Shown: piece after piece, positions 37,828 to 49,230 of the stretch
Numbering within the stretch: the stretch's first letter is position 1
Layout of the letters: every line of letters starts with the position of its first letter
Source: Callorhinchus milii
Taxonomy: Eukaryota
Assembly (NCBI RefSeq): GCF_018977255.1
Contig: NW_024704743.1
Span: forward strand, 13,766,001 to 13,830,000
Direction: 5' to 3'
DNA length: 64,000 nt
The notes under the pieces: model-generated
What the model was told of the DNA's origin: nothing
The model's database searches: none
What the model saw: only the letters and a program-made list of their open reading frames with translations
Made by a program: the position numbers and the translations under genes

Positions 37828-38410
37828 GCATATATCATCCGCAGACATGGGGTCAACTTCCACATGTATGCGGATGACACCCAACTCTATTTTTCTGCCT
37901 CCACCCTCAACTCCAGGGCCACTGCTGTCCTGACAGACTGCCTGTCAGACATCAAGTCCTGGATGAGGGCAAATTTCCTACAGCTGAATGTGAACAAGAC
38001 TGAGGCCCTCCTGATTGGCTCACGCCAGTGCCTCAGCACCTCAGGCTCTGGCAACATCAACCTCCATGGTTGCACACTTCAACTCACCAAGCCATCAGGA
38101 ACCTAGGGGTCTTGTTCGACCCTCAACTGTCTTTTCTCCCCCACATTCAAGCCATGACCCGCTCTGCCTTCCCTCACCTCCGTAACATCACCCGACTCCA
38201 CCACTACCTCACCCCTCAGGCCGCTGAAACTCTTGTTCATGCCTTCATCATCTCCAGGCTCTACTATGCAAACGTTTCCACTGGCTCCCTATCCTTCAGA
38301 GGATCCAGTTCAAGATCCTGGTCCTCACATACAAAGCCCTCCATGGCCTCGCCCCACCCTACCTCTGCGACCCTGGGTGAGTGGCGCTATATAAATGCAA
38401 GTTGTTGTTG
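37828..38410 (+). mobile_element. L2 fragment with RT YADD motif, internally deleted
   Basis: ORF 37804 has [15 protein letters not shown]...[15 protein letters not shown]; tail GGCGCTATATAAATGCAAG(TTG)n. Confidence 0.9.
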
Positions 38411-38799
38411 TGATTGTTGTAGAAACTGAATCTCAAACAATTAGAAAACTGCGTATTATTGGTGCAAACACAAATGAGGCCTAAAACCACAAGTGAAGTT
38501 TCCTGAAAGGCAGGAATGATCTGATATTTGAAAAATGTCAAATAAAAAAACATTGTTGCACAAGAGAATATTCCTTTTTTAAAAAAATAAACTATTAAGT
38601 ATACATTTGGCAAGCTACAAAAGGTCTGTTTTCCTCTTCTATGACTAAATCTAATGACACATAATGGAGTCAATTTGCAAGTTCACTATTCAGCAAATCA
38701 AAAGGACCCAGATATGCAGATCAGAATCAGTCTTAGCTGTGATGCACTCCATAGTGAAATATTCGAATAGTGCCCCATGAACAGAGGAACCTGTGCAAA

Positions 38800-38985
38800 T
38801 AATAATCCTTGAATTTGATATAGCGCCTTATCATGTCTTCAAGACGTCTCAAAGCACTTCACAGAATATACTATAAAGTGAATTAACTATGCTTTGTCGG
38901 TGAATCTTGGCAGCCAATTTCGCACAGCAGTGTCCCACAAACAGTCACGGACTGAGTGACCAATTTTTTTTAAGGAATTATTCAT
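38800..38985 (-). mobile_element. 5'-truncated tRNA-Ala SINE
   Basis: Reverse-complement tail AATAATCCTTGAATTTGATATAGCGCC and body GCAGCCAATTTCGCACAGCAGTGTCCCACAAAC. Confidence 0.8.
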
Positions 38986-39045
38986 GCAGAGTACAAAAAT
39001 AATAACAACTTGCATTTATAGTTTGTAGTAGTGTCAGTAGCACAA

Positions 39046-39098
39046 ATGCAAGTACTGATGCATTGCCATTATTAATGGTAATGCATCAGTACTTGCAT
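39046..39098. repeat. 53-bp near-perfect palindrome
   Basis: 26-bp arms with a single G/T mismatch around a central T. Confidence 0.92.
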
Positions 39099-40084
39099 CA
39101 ATACACTGTCATCATCAATACACTGTAATCATAGAACATTACAGCACACAAACATGCCATCCAGACTGTAATACCTGAGCCGGCGTTTTTTAATGTAATC
39201 CCATCCTCCTGCCCAATATCCAGGGCGTGATATCAGCAGCAACCTGCTAACCCAGAAGTGATACTGGCAGCTACTTTTTTTTGCAATAGTTTGTAATTTT
39301 TTGGATCCAAGATAGCACATTACAATGGTGTTCCTCTGTATTTCCTGGTATGCAATAGTGCTGCCATTATTGATTTTTTAAGGAAGAAAATAGAAAAAAG
39401 AACTTGCACAAAATCATCAAAAGATTCACAATGATTATTTACAGGTACAGTTTTTTTGTTTTTTGCACGCAAACAAAGCAGCTAATTTACGCACAGGAAA
39501 GTTCTGTAGAACTATTAGCCAGGATACTGAAATGCCCTTTCTTTTTTACAAATAGTTTTCTTTACGAATGCTGTCATATCAAATGGAAAACTGTGCAACT
39601 TCCATGGAGAATTTTATTTAACAATAATTAATGCCTAAAAATAAATAAAAGTAAAAGGCTAAACCGACGAAAGAGATATCCACCTTGTATTATATTTAAG
39701 AACGATGCAGAAAACAGAGCACTCAGGTTTTCCTCTTCAGATCAACAGTTTTGCACCTACAATTAGCTTGTTCTCAGTAAAGGAAGTGGTGAGATAAAAA
39801 TAACTATTTTTTGTGGTTATCCAGGTTAGAAACTTCAGTGCTGAAGAATAAAACACTTGTGTAAACCAGCATCAAGCAATTTCAGGTCAGGTTAGAACTC
39901 ACAGAGGTCACCAATTTAAGGGTTGTTTCATTCTATTGGATCATACCTACTGGAATTGCTGAAAAGCTTAGAGGGGAATTTCACCCATCAGTCTGAGCTG
40001 GACTAAAGCCAAGTTGCAGTGCAAAACCTTTATGTTGTGTTTGAGTCCCAAATGTCTTCAATGCCCTACGTCCAGACTCTCACT

Positions 40085-40773
40085 TGACTCACCTCTACCA
40101 CATTGACCTCCTCCGCCATGACCTCCCTCCCTCAGTTGTCAAGCCCCTCATTCATCACATTCAGGCTTGACTATTCCAACCCTCTGCTCTCAGACATCCC
40201 AGTTGTTCCCAACACAAGCTGCCAAAACCCCTTCCTCCCCAGCGATCACCCCGTCCACCCCTCCCTCCCCACCAATCACCCCAGTCCACCCCTCCCTCCC
40301 CACCAAACAACCCGGCCACCCCGCCCTCCCCACCGATCACCCCCATCCACCCCTCCCTCCTCACCGATCACCCCTGTCCACCCCTTCCTCCCCACCAAAC
40401 AACCCGGCCACCCCGCCCTCCCCACTGATCACCCCAACCACCCGGCTCCACTGGCTCCTCATCCTCCAGAGGATCGAGTTTAAGATCCTCGTTAACACTT
40501 TTCAATCCCCTGCGGTCTTGCTCCTCCCTACCTCAGCCTTTCTGCTCCCACCCTCTGGAACTCCATTCAAGAGTACTTTCACCTCGTCCTCTCTCATCTA
40601 CTTCAAGGCCAGTCTCAACATCTTCCTCTTTGACCGTGCCTTCAGTTCATCCTCCGACCTCCACTCCCCCTACCCTTCATCCCTCTTGTCTCCAGCCCCC
40701 AGCTTGGGTGCAATCCACAGTCCAGCACCTTACGAGGTCCTCCTGACATATAAATGTAATTTGTTGTTGTTGT
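40085..40773 (+). mobile_element. L2 fragment containing an expanded minisatellite
   Basis: FITFRLDYSN before and LHWLLILQRIEFKIL after the tandem array; (TTG)n tail. Confidence 0.8.
40227..40439 (+). repeat. C-rich minisatellite, 7 units of 30-31 bp
   Basis: Unit approx. ACCCCTCCCTCCCCACCGATCACCCCGTCC. Confidence 0.9.
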
Positions 40774-41197
40774 TAAAACCTGCCTTAAGACCCTTTTTTC
40801 AACTACTCGTTCGGTCACATTTCTCCCCCACCTTCCTCAGCTCTCCCACCCCAGCTTGGGGTCCCTGTTGATTCTGTGAAGCACTTTGAGATAGCTTCCC
40901 AACTTGAAAGGTGCTTCTATAAATGTGAAATTGGTGTATTTTAGCTAGTGGGAAGGCAGCCAGCATTTAGAAGCAGGACAAAGCAATTTGAAGCAAGGTG
41001 CCGGTTTCCTGCACTGTTTTAAAATTTTGTGGTAAGTAAATGTCAGGGGCGATAGTACAGTGGTGCTATAAGTGAAGCACATTGTAATGAAATGCTTTAT
41101 AACAATGTTCCACCATAAACAGTAAATGTTTGAGAGATGTTCATTCCATTGACTCTTTGGTCAGCACTTGCCTCTTATCCTTAGGCTATATCAAATA

Positions 41198-41628
41198 GAA
41201 AGGCTAGAGAAGCTAGGATTATTCTCCTTGGAGCAGAAAAGGTTAAAAGGATATTTAATAGAAGTTTTCAAAATTATGAGGGGATTCGATAGGATGAACT
41301 AGGAGGAACTATTTCTACTGGCGGGTGGGTTGGTAACCTGAGGACATCAATTTAAAATAGTTGTTAAAAAGAAACAGAGGGGAGGTGAGGAGAAATTGTT
41401 TCACACAGCGAGTTCTTCAATGTGGAATGCATTGCCTGAAAGGGTGGTGGAAGCTGATTCGATAACAACTTTTAAGAGAGAAGTAGATAATTATTTGAGG
41501 ACAAGTTTGCAGGGCTGTGGGGAAAGAGGGGGGAGTGGGATTGAGTTGGACAGCTCTTTTCAAAGAGACGCACAGACACGCTGGGCCGAGTGGCCTCCTT
41601 CTGCGCTGTATAATTCTATGATTCTATG
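41198..41628 (+). mobile_element. CR1 3' fragment, same family as 18739-19635
   Basis: WNALPERVVEADSITTFKREVDNYL; GCCGAGTGGCCTCCTTCTG and (ATTCTATG)n. Confidence 0.9.
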
Positions 41629-41869
41629 TGGTGTTGTGTATGTAACAGTTGTTGTGTTGTGTATTTGCCAGGTATGAGATTCCCAAAGAACATCCTCATC
41701 TGGCAATAAGCTGCAGTGTTCGTATACACAACAACAATTTACATTTACATTGTGCCTTTTACATTGGGAGGACACCCCAAAGTGCTTACTCAGCTGCTTG
41801 GGAGCCTGAAAATATAAACTATACAAATAAAGAATATGATGCTAAATTTGGCAATATCACCTATATATG

Positions 41870-42075
41870 GAAATTCCATTCTCACCCCAGTGACTAGTGT
41901 TCTTCTCCCAGTCCTGCTAACAAGCCAAGTTGGCTGGTCTGTCATCAACAGCGCCTTGGAGTATTGCAGGATCTGCCAAGTTCAGGAATTGGATGGCCAA
42001 GACCCCCCCAGAGAATTGATTTGATTCTGATATTCCTTTGTCACGCACATCACCTTGAGCCACCTCAGCCCCAAG
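41870..42075 (-). repeat. Family X 5'-side fragment
   Basis: CCCAGTGACTAGTG...GTCATCAACAGCGCCTTGGAGTATTG...TTGATTCTGATATTCC matches 49040-49220. Confidence 0.65.
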
Positions 42076-42789
42076 GAGACTGCCAAACTCATCTCCCCCT
42101 CCCCCAAGAGAATGGAATCAGAATAGAGCCCACAGACTTATCACTCTCTTTCTTTTCGCCGACACTCTGTGGACAAGTACTGAGCCTGAGTTAAAATATT
42201 CTCCTGGCAGCTGAGATGAAATTGAAATCACTGTGTGGGAACTCAACGAGGCCATGAGACACAGCTCCTTTTGTGGAACCAACACAATCTGGACAAAAAT
42301 AGACTTTTAAATAAATTGTCGACTGCTACAGATTATTTTGGACCACTTCCACATTAATGAGGCCAATTAACTTTTTCGCTGGAACCTTTAAAGATCAATT
42401 TTATCAATTACTTAATATCACTTTCAAACTGTGCACGCAATTCTCAAGTGGTTGCAATTTCTTGCCTCCCACAACATGATTGATTGAATTGCGGAATCAC
42501 TATGAATTCCAAGGTCAACAGTAAGGAACCTTAAAGAGTCCCAGCCATATTCAGCATTTGTGTTCATGGTTATCTAATGGTGGAGCTAATCCAGCCAATT
42601 CAATTCACAAAAAGCATCCGACTACATAAAACTGATTAGGGAAGAAGCCCTTGAAATACAAATACAAAAATTACATTTGTATAGCGCCTTTCACATCTGG
42701 AGGACATCCCAAGGTCTTACCTAGTTTGGGGACATTGCTTTTTGGCAGGTTTTACAATACAGGTGAAACACCAGTCTTTATTATTATTA

Positions 42790-43221
42790 GTAATAATTAT
42801 TATCTTTGCATTTGATATAGCACCTTTCAAGTCAGAATGCTTTACTGGATACACTGTTATTCTTATCTTAGGATATGAAGTGAGGTGACTGTGCATTTTG
42901 TAGGGCTATGCGACAGCTAACTTCACACAGCAATGTCCCACAAACAGCCATGAAGTGATTGACCAATTCTATTTTGTTGACCAGGATACCAGGAGAAACT
43001 GCCCTGTCTTTTTGAAAAGTGCCATAGGATCTTTAATGTCCACGTGAACCTGGCCTCATTTAACATCGCGTCCGAATGATAGCACTTCCAATGATGCAGC
43101 ACCCCACCAGCACTACGTTTGAGTGTCAGTTTAGACTCAAGTTCAGTGTCCCAATGTGGGATTTGAACCCAGTGGTACCACATGACTCAAAGGGAAGTGC
43201 TGAGAACTGAGCCAAGCTGAC
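42790..43221 (-). mobile_element. DeuSINE, near full length
   Basis: Reverse head TGAGCCAAGCTGAC and GGATTTGAACCC; core GCCATAGGATCTTTAATGTCCAC. Confidence 0.8.
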
Positions 43222-43234
43222 ATCTTTGCTGGCG

Positions 43235-43430
43235 GATTGCTTTCCGGGGTTAATGATCCTTTAAAAAAATTGGTCACTTAATCCATGACTGTTTATGGGA
43301 CACTGCTGTGCGCAATTGGCTGCCTCGTTTCCCCCACAAAATACACAGTCAATTTACTTTACAGTATATTCTGTGAAGCTCTTTGAAACATGATAAGGCG
43401 CTATATCAAATAGAAAGATTATTATTATTA
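43235..43430 (+). mobile_element. 5'-truncated tRNA-Ala SINE (keeps the end of the long-form segment)
   Basis: GATTGCTTTCCGGGGTTAATGATCC followed by the standard body and (TTA)n tail. Confidence 0.8.
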
Positions 43431-43460
43431 CCTTGCTCCCTTTTCTTTTTGAGCCCATTT

Positions 43461-43572
43461 AATAATAAATAAAACTTGCATTTGATATAGCGCCTTATCA
43501 CGTCTTCGAGATGTCTCAAAGTGCTTCACAGGATATAGTGTAAAGTAAATTGTCTGTATATTTTGTGGGCGA
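43461..43572 (-). mobile_element. SINE 3' fragment, tail-to-tail with the previous copy
   Basis: TTGCATTTGATATAGCGCCTTATCACGTCTTCGAGATGTCTCAAAGTGCTTCACAG. Confidence 0.8.
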
Positions 43573-44114
43573 TAAATATACAGTCCATATATTTCTGTAC
43601 GTAGATGTTTCCGTGCTGTACTCCCTTTGTAAATCCCAGCACAGGAGGAAGTCATTTAGACTCATCCACTGAATCTAGCTAGTCAATTTAATCCCAAATT
43701 CCCTGCTCTTTCCCTGCACCATTTTATATTTTTCCTTGCCAAGTCTTTATTCAATTCCCTTTCTTGTATGTAATTAATTACAATTAATCTTTGATGTCAT
43801 TTATTACATAATAATTCCTTGTTTTTTGCAAATGTTCACATACTAAATAAATTAAACAGCGAAACAATCATTATTTGGTTTGCATTTTGAGATTTTCTAT
43901 CTGTCTTTGACTCACTACTACGTTCCATTCAGCCACTCAGTCATCTGACATCTAAATAGCGCACAAAGGGGGAGGAATGTTGGAAACAGAGTTTTTTTCA
44001 TACACTGTATGAAGTTCATACACTTCAAACACTGTAATTGATGTAGCCTGTGTCTGCTTCTATCCACTGAAAAAGTACAGAGAATAGAAAACCAATGTAT
44101 CGAAAGGAAATATA

Positions 44115-44283
44115 ATGATTATAATCCTTGCATTTGATATAGCACCTTATCACGTCTTTGAGATGTCTCGAAGCGCTTCACAGGATACACTGTAAAGTGT
44201 AGTGACTGTGAGTTTAGTAAGTGAAACATGGCAGCCAATTGCGCACAGCAGTGTCCCACAAACAGTCATGGATTGAGTGACTA
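44115..44283 (-). mobile_element. 5'-truncated tRNA-Ala SINE
   Basis: Reverse tail and body GCAGCCAATTGCGCACAGCAGTGTCCCACAAAC. Confidence 0.8.
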
Positions 44284-44334
44284 CATTATTATTAATATAT
44301 TTTGTAATATTTAGATTATTACAAATGTATTGTT

Positions 44335-44946
44335 GAAATACATACACGCCTTCATTACATCGAGGCTCGACTATGCAAACTCACTGCTTGTCGGCCTCCC
44401 CAATTGCTCCCTCCACAGGCTGCAGATCATCCAGAACTCTGAAGCCTGTGTCCTCTCCCGCACCAGGCTCCTTGACCCTATCACCCCATCCTTGCCCAAC
44501 TCCACTGGCTTCCCATCACACAGAGGATACAGTTCAAGATCCTGGTCCTCACCTTCAAAGCCCTCCATGGTCTTACTCCCCCTACCTCTCTGACCTCCTA
44601 ACCCTCTACCATCCTCTTTGCTCCCTCCGCTCAGCGGGCTCTGGCCTGCTTCACATCCCCCGCCTTGCTCGCCCCACTATTGGCGGACGGCCTCCTGACA
44701 CTCTGCCCCACCCTTTGGAACTCCATCCCGCAGTCCCACCGTGTCGCCTCCTCCCTTGCCACTTTCAAGACCCGTCTCAAGACCCTCCTCTTCGACCGTG
44801 CTTTCGATTTCCCTACTTCCCCCCTGGCCTCCCCCCTCCCCCTCCCCGACCCTCAGCTCGGGTCCGTAACTCTGTCTGTCCAATGCCTTGGGACATCCTC
44901 CCAACATGAAAGGCGCTATACAAATGTAATTTTGTTGTTGTTGTTG
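44335..44946 (+). mobile_element. 5'-truncated L2
   Basis: HAFITSRLDYANSLL...LQIIQNS, LWNSIP...FKTRLKTLLF; tail stem-loop and (TTG)n. Confidence 0.9.
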
Positions 44947-45939
44947 CAATGTACAAGGAACTGTTCTATGATTCAAAGAGAGCAACTGCACACAATAATA
45001 CTTTTAGATCATAAAAGTTTTCTCTTAGAAATATTTGCTTCTCTATTGTAACAGAAATAATAATACATGAATAGACCCACAAGAAAGCAGGCAGGGGTGA
45101 TGAACAAAGTTTTCTTAACCTTTTACATTCTAGCAATGCAATAACCTCTACACAAGGTCATTTGCCATGTTCAGAATAGAATATGGAAAAAGTGGATGAG
45201 GACAGACAGAAGTCTAGTCAGAGGAGTGTTAGCTTGAGGATTTGAACAAACTGCTAAAAGGAGAGGAAGGCTGCTTTGAATGCAGACAAATGAGGAAGCG
45301 CATGGTTGGCAAATGCTGAGTGAGTAATATCCAGTTCAAAGCAGGAAGGACAAGAGTGTGTGGAGGCGAGGGAAGACGGGGAATGAGTTTATTGTTTCAG
45401 GATAGGATTGTAGCTGGGAAACTGAATGGGGGAAATCTAAGAGGGAGGAAAGGCTTGGGGCATCATGGCAATAGTTGAGTGGAAGAAAAAAGTTTGGGCC
45501 GATTTCTGGCTACTGGAACCCTTCTGACTTGATCCATCCCTCCCCTCATTCAAGGTCCATCTCAAGACCTACCTCTTTGACTGCACTTACAGTCATTTTT
45601 TTCCTCCCCACCCCTTTGGTTATCATCCCCAGCTCGGGTACCCAACCACCAGTGTAACTTGATCACTGTAACTTAAGGAAATCTTGCTTTGAAGAGAGAT
45701 TGAGTTGGAGCAGAGATACTGTGAGACTTGAGAACTCCATTAAGAAATAACACAAAATTGACCCTTCTCTTTCCTTGGGTTAGAAACTCCCCCGAGCCCC
45801 CAAATCAATCATAAAATCTCTATATTATCCTACAACTCCACAATTCAAACAAGACCACCTTATGTGTATGTACATCTGTGGCTCCTTGTAGGTCGAGGGG
45901 AAAAATGACAAAAGCAATGTCAATGAGATACATCTTGAG

Positions 45940-46130
45940 ATGGCCCCTGATTGAATGGATGCAAGGAAGGAGTCAGAGGGACTCTGGGATGGAGTTCCAA
46001 AGAGTGGGGCCAGGTAGCTGAAAGTGCACTCACTGCTGGTGGGGCTGATATGGTGGGGGACATGAAACAGGCCAGGGTTCGCTGACTGAATGGAGCAGCC
46101 GGGTCAGTAGGGATTAAGGAGGTCACAGAC
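45940..46130 (-). mobile_element. Older L2 fragment
   Basis: Degenerate GGATGGAGTTCCAAAGAGTGGGGCC...GGAGGTCACAGA, homologous to the adjacent younger L2. Confidence 0.6.
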
Positions 46131-46134
46131 GTAA

Positions 46135-47150
46135 GGCCTTTCACGTCAGGAGGATGTCCCAAGGCGCTGACAGTCAGTGTTTCGGACCCGAGCTGGGGAG
46201 AGTGGACGGTAGGGGGGGAAGCAGGGTGACCAAAAGTTGAAGAGGGGGTTCTTGAGATGGGTCTTGCAGGAGGCAAGGGAGGGGACGAGGTGGAGGGACT
46301 GCCGGATGGAGTTCCAGAGGCTGGGCGCAGAGTGGCAGAAGCCAATGGTGGGGCGAACGAGGCAGGGGTTGTGAAGCAGGCCAGAGCCCACTGAGTTGAA
46401 GGAGCGGGCAGGATGGTAGGGGGTTAGGAGGTCACAGAGGTAGGGGGGAGCAAGGCCATGGAGGGCTTTCAAGGTGAGGACCAGGATTTTGAATTGTATC
46501 CTCTAAGTGGAGTCGGGCGAGGATGAGGGTGATAGGGTCATGGAGCTTGGTGCGGGAGAGAACACGGGCTGCAGAGTTCTGGATGATCTGCAGCTTATGG
46601 AGGGAGGAGTTGGAGAGGCCAACAACCAAGGAGTTTACATAGTCAAGCCTCAATGTTATGAATGCATGTATGAGGGTCTCGGCCGGCCTGCGGTGTGAGA
46701 CAATAGCAGAGCCGGGTGATGTTGCAGAAGTTGGGCAAGCAGACCAGGCCAATGTGTGGATGTGGGGTAGAAAGGATAGTTGAGGGTCAAACAAGATGCC
46801 AAGATTCCAGACTGGCTTAGTAAGATGGAGTGTGCAACCATGGATGGTGATGATGTTAGCGCCTGAGGTGTGGAGGTGCTGACGGGAGCCAATCAGGAGA
46901 GCCTCGGTCTTGTTGACGTTCAACTGAAGAAAGTTAGCTCTCATCCAGGACTTGATGTCTGACAGACATTCTGTCAGGAGAGCAGTGGTCCTGGGGTCGA
47001 GCGTGGAGGCAAAGAGATAGAGTTGGGTGTCATCCGCATACATGTGGAAGCTGACCCCATGTCTGCGGATGATGTAAGCGAGTGGGAGCTTATAGATGTT
47101 GAAGAGGAGCGGACCAAGGACAGAGCCCTGAAGAACACCGCACGAGATGG
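46135..47150 (-). mobile_element. L2-clade LINE, ~1-kb 5'-truncated copy (RT C-terminus plus 3' UTR), frameshifted
   Basis: Translates [40 protein letters not shown] and [10 protein letters not shown]; ends in the GGGACATCCTCCTGACGTGAAAGGC stem-loop. Confidence 0.92.
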
Positions 47151-47159
47151 TGATAATGA

Positions 47160-47370
47160 GTGGCTGGAGTGGAATGCAGATTCTCCCTGGAGAAATGCAT
47201 CTTGCCTACATAATTCTAGAGAGTACTATGTGCAAGTTGGCAAAAGCCAATGCTTGGGGACCCCAGAGGTTGCGTTGGGGTACTGTTGGAGTCTAACCAG
47301 CTAACACTGCATAGCTTGCCATTGATATCGCTGTCTGGCAAGCTTTCCTGCAGCTTGTCCACCTGGGACA
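47160..47370 (-). repeat. Family X internal fragment
   Basis: GGAATGCAGATTCTCCCTGG...GGAGTCTAACCAGCTAACAC...GGCAAGCTTTCC. Confidence 0.65.
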
Positions 47371-47744
47371 GTACATTCTAAGTGTTAAAATGCCACTATC
47401 TTTTACAAACTCCGCAGCTACAAAAAAAGTAAATTCTTAGAAAACATTGGACAAAAATAGTAGTTCTTTATTTTCAAGCTGACTTAACGATAAAACCTTT
47501 CTGCTGAGAATGGAAACATTTGTACTGAAGCACACTGATAAATAACCATTAAATGTACTGTAATACCCAATAATATTTCTAGTCATAAACGGTTTATAGC
47601 ACAGCAAGAGACCATCCATCTTCAAGACATAACTATCACCAAGCTCATTTAGAAATTCTGCAATTCCATCATCACAATCAATACTCCATTTCTGTAACAC
47701 CTTTTATGTAAAAGAAACATCTGAAAGTACTCTGCAAAATATAA

Positions 47745-48180
47745 TTATTTATGATAATCCCTTGCATTTGATAGAGTGCTTTCAAGCCAGGATGACATCT
47801 TCCGTGCTTCACTAAATTTACTGGAAACTGTAGTGGCTATGTATTTTGTAGGTTAACGCGTCGGCCAATTTGTGTACAGTGTGATCCCATAACAGCAATG
47901 AAGTAAATGGTCAATTTTATTTTATTTGGGAGATTGTGCCAGGACAACGGGAGAAGTTCCATTCTCTTTTTGAATAGTGCCAAGGGATCTTTAATGTTCA
48001 CCTGAACAGGTAGACAGGACCTTGGTTTCTCCTCTCAGCTCGAAGGACAACACCTCACACAATCCCAGCACTACACTGGAGTTTCAGCCTCGACATATGA
48101 GTTCTAAGTCCCGATGTGGGGTTTGAACCCAGAGCCTCGTGACTTAAGAGGCAAAAGTACAAACAAATGAGCCAGACTGA
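47745..48180 (-). mobile_element. DeuSINE, near full length
   Basis: Reverse core GGGATCTTTAATGTTCACCTGAACAGGTAGACAGGACC; head GGTTTGAACCC...TGAGCCAGACTGA. Confidence 0.8.
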
Positions 48181-48694
48181 TTGTTTTCAAGTTAGGATGC
48201 AAGTATAAAATAAAAAGTGTTGCTCTCAACAGACTCAATAGAGTCAATTGCTCTCAATGTGTCCTTGCACGTTAGATTACTAGCAATGTAATAGAACCAC
48301 TAATGAAAGTATAGTTAATACTACCACATACAGGACAATCAAGCCATGAATTGTTATGAAATCTATTGTTGAAACATTTCTATGAGAGTAATTGTTTCCA
48401 GAAGCACCACTCACACCATATTTTTCAATGGTTTTTATTCAGCGGGGTCTTTCTAAAGGGAATCTTCCTTAATCAATAATAATAAAAAATCCTTGCGTTT
48501 GATATAGCGCCTTATCATATCGTTGAGACATCTCAAAGCACTTCACAGAATATATTGTAAAGTGAATTGACTGTGTATTTTGTAGGCGAGTCCAAGTGGA
48601 TATTCCTTAAGGTAACTTGGAGCACATCAAGCATTAGACTCCATTATCTTTTTCACATGTAACTGATGGTGGTAATTATACAAGCATATATAGG

Positions 48695-49230
48695 GTACCC
48701 ATCACCATGCTTAAGAGCAAACCAAACTGAGAATTCCATGCATCCCACCTATACATGGAAATTCCAAAGATTTTATTGGAATGGAATGCACACTCTCTCC
48801 CTGGACGGATGCATCCTGCTTATTTAATTCCAGTAAGTATTAGGTACAGGTTGGAAAGGGTCAAGGCTTGGGGAACCCAAAGTCGGTGTTGGGTATTGCT
48901 GAAGTCTAACCAGCTAACCACATCACTTGTCATTGGGTGTACTGCCTGGCAACCTTTCCCACTGCTTGTTCAGAAAGGACCACGCTACCTGTTAGGACTT
49001 TGGCTTGCAGGGGAAGCTGAGTGGAAAGTGTCCCTGCACCCAGTGACTGGTCTGCACTTCCAGGTCCTGCCAATGAGCCAGGCTGACTGTGCTGTCATCA
49101 GCAGTGCCTTGGAATACTATGGACCCGCCTGGCTCAAGAACTGGGCTACTGAGACCACCACAGAGGGTTGGCTTGATTCTGACATTCCATTGCCAAACAT
49201 GTCACCCTAGAGCCAGTTCAGCTCTAATTT
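48695..49230 (-). repeat. Family X, longest copy
   Basis: Overlaps by homology with all other family X fragments, e.g. GAATTCCATGCATCCCAC, GTCTAACCAGCTAAC, CCCAGTGACTGGTCTGC. Confidence 0.75.

Noticed and set aside
40103..40871. Pro-rich 126-aa and 234-aa ORFs
   Set aside because: Products of the C-rich minisatellite and L2 sequence.
46135..47150. Active reverse transcriptase gene or novel RT system
   Set aside because: 5'-truncated, frameshifted L2 remnant; the same applies to 37828-38410 and the CR1 fragments.
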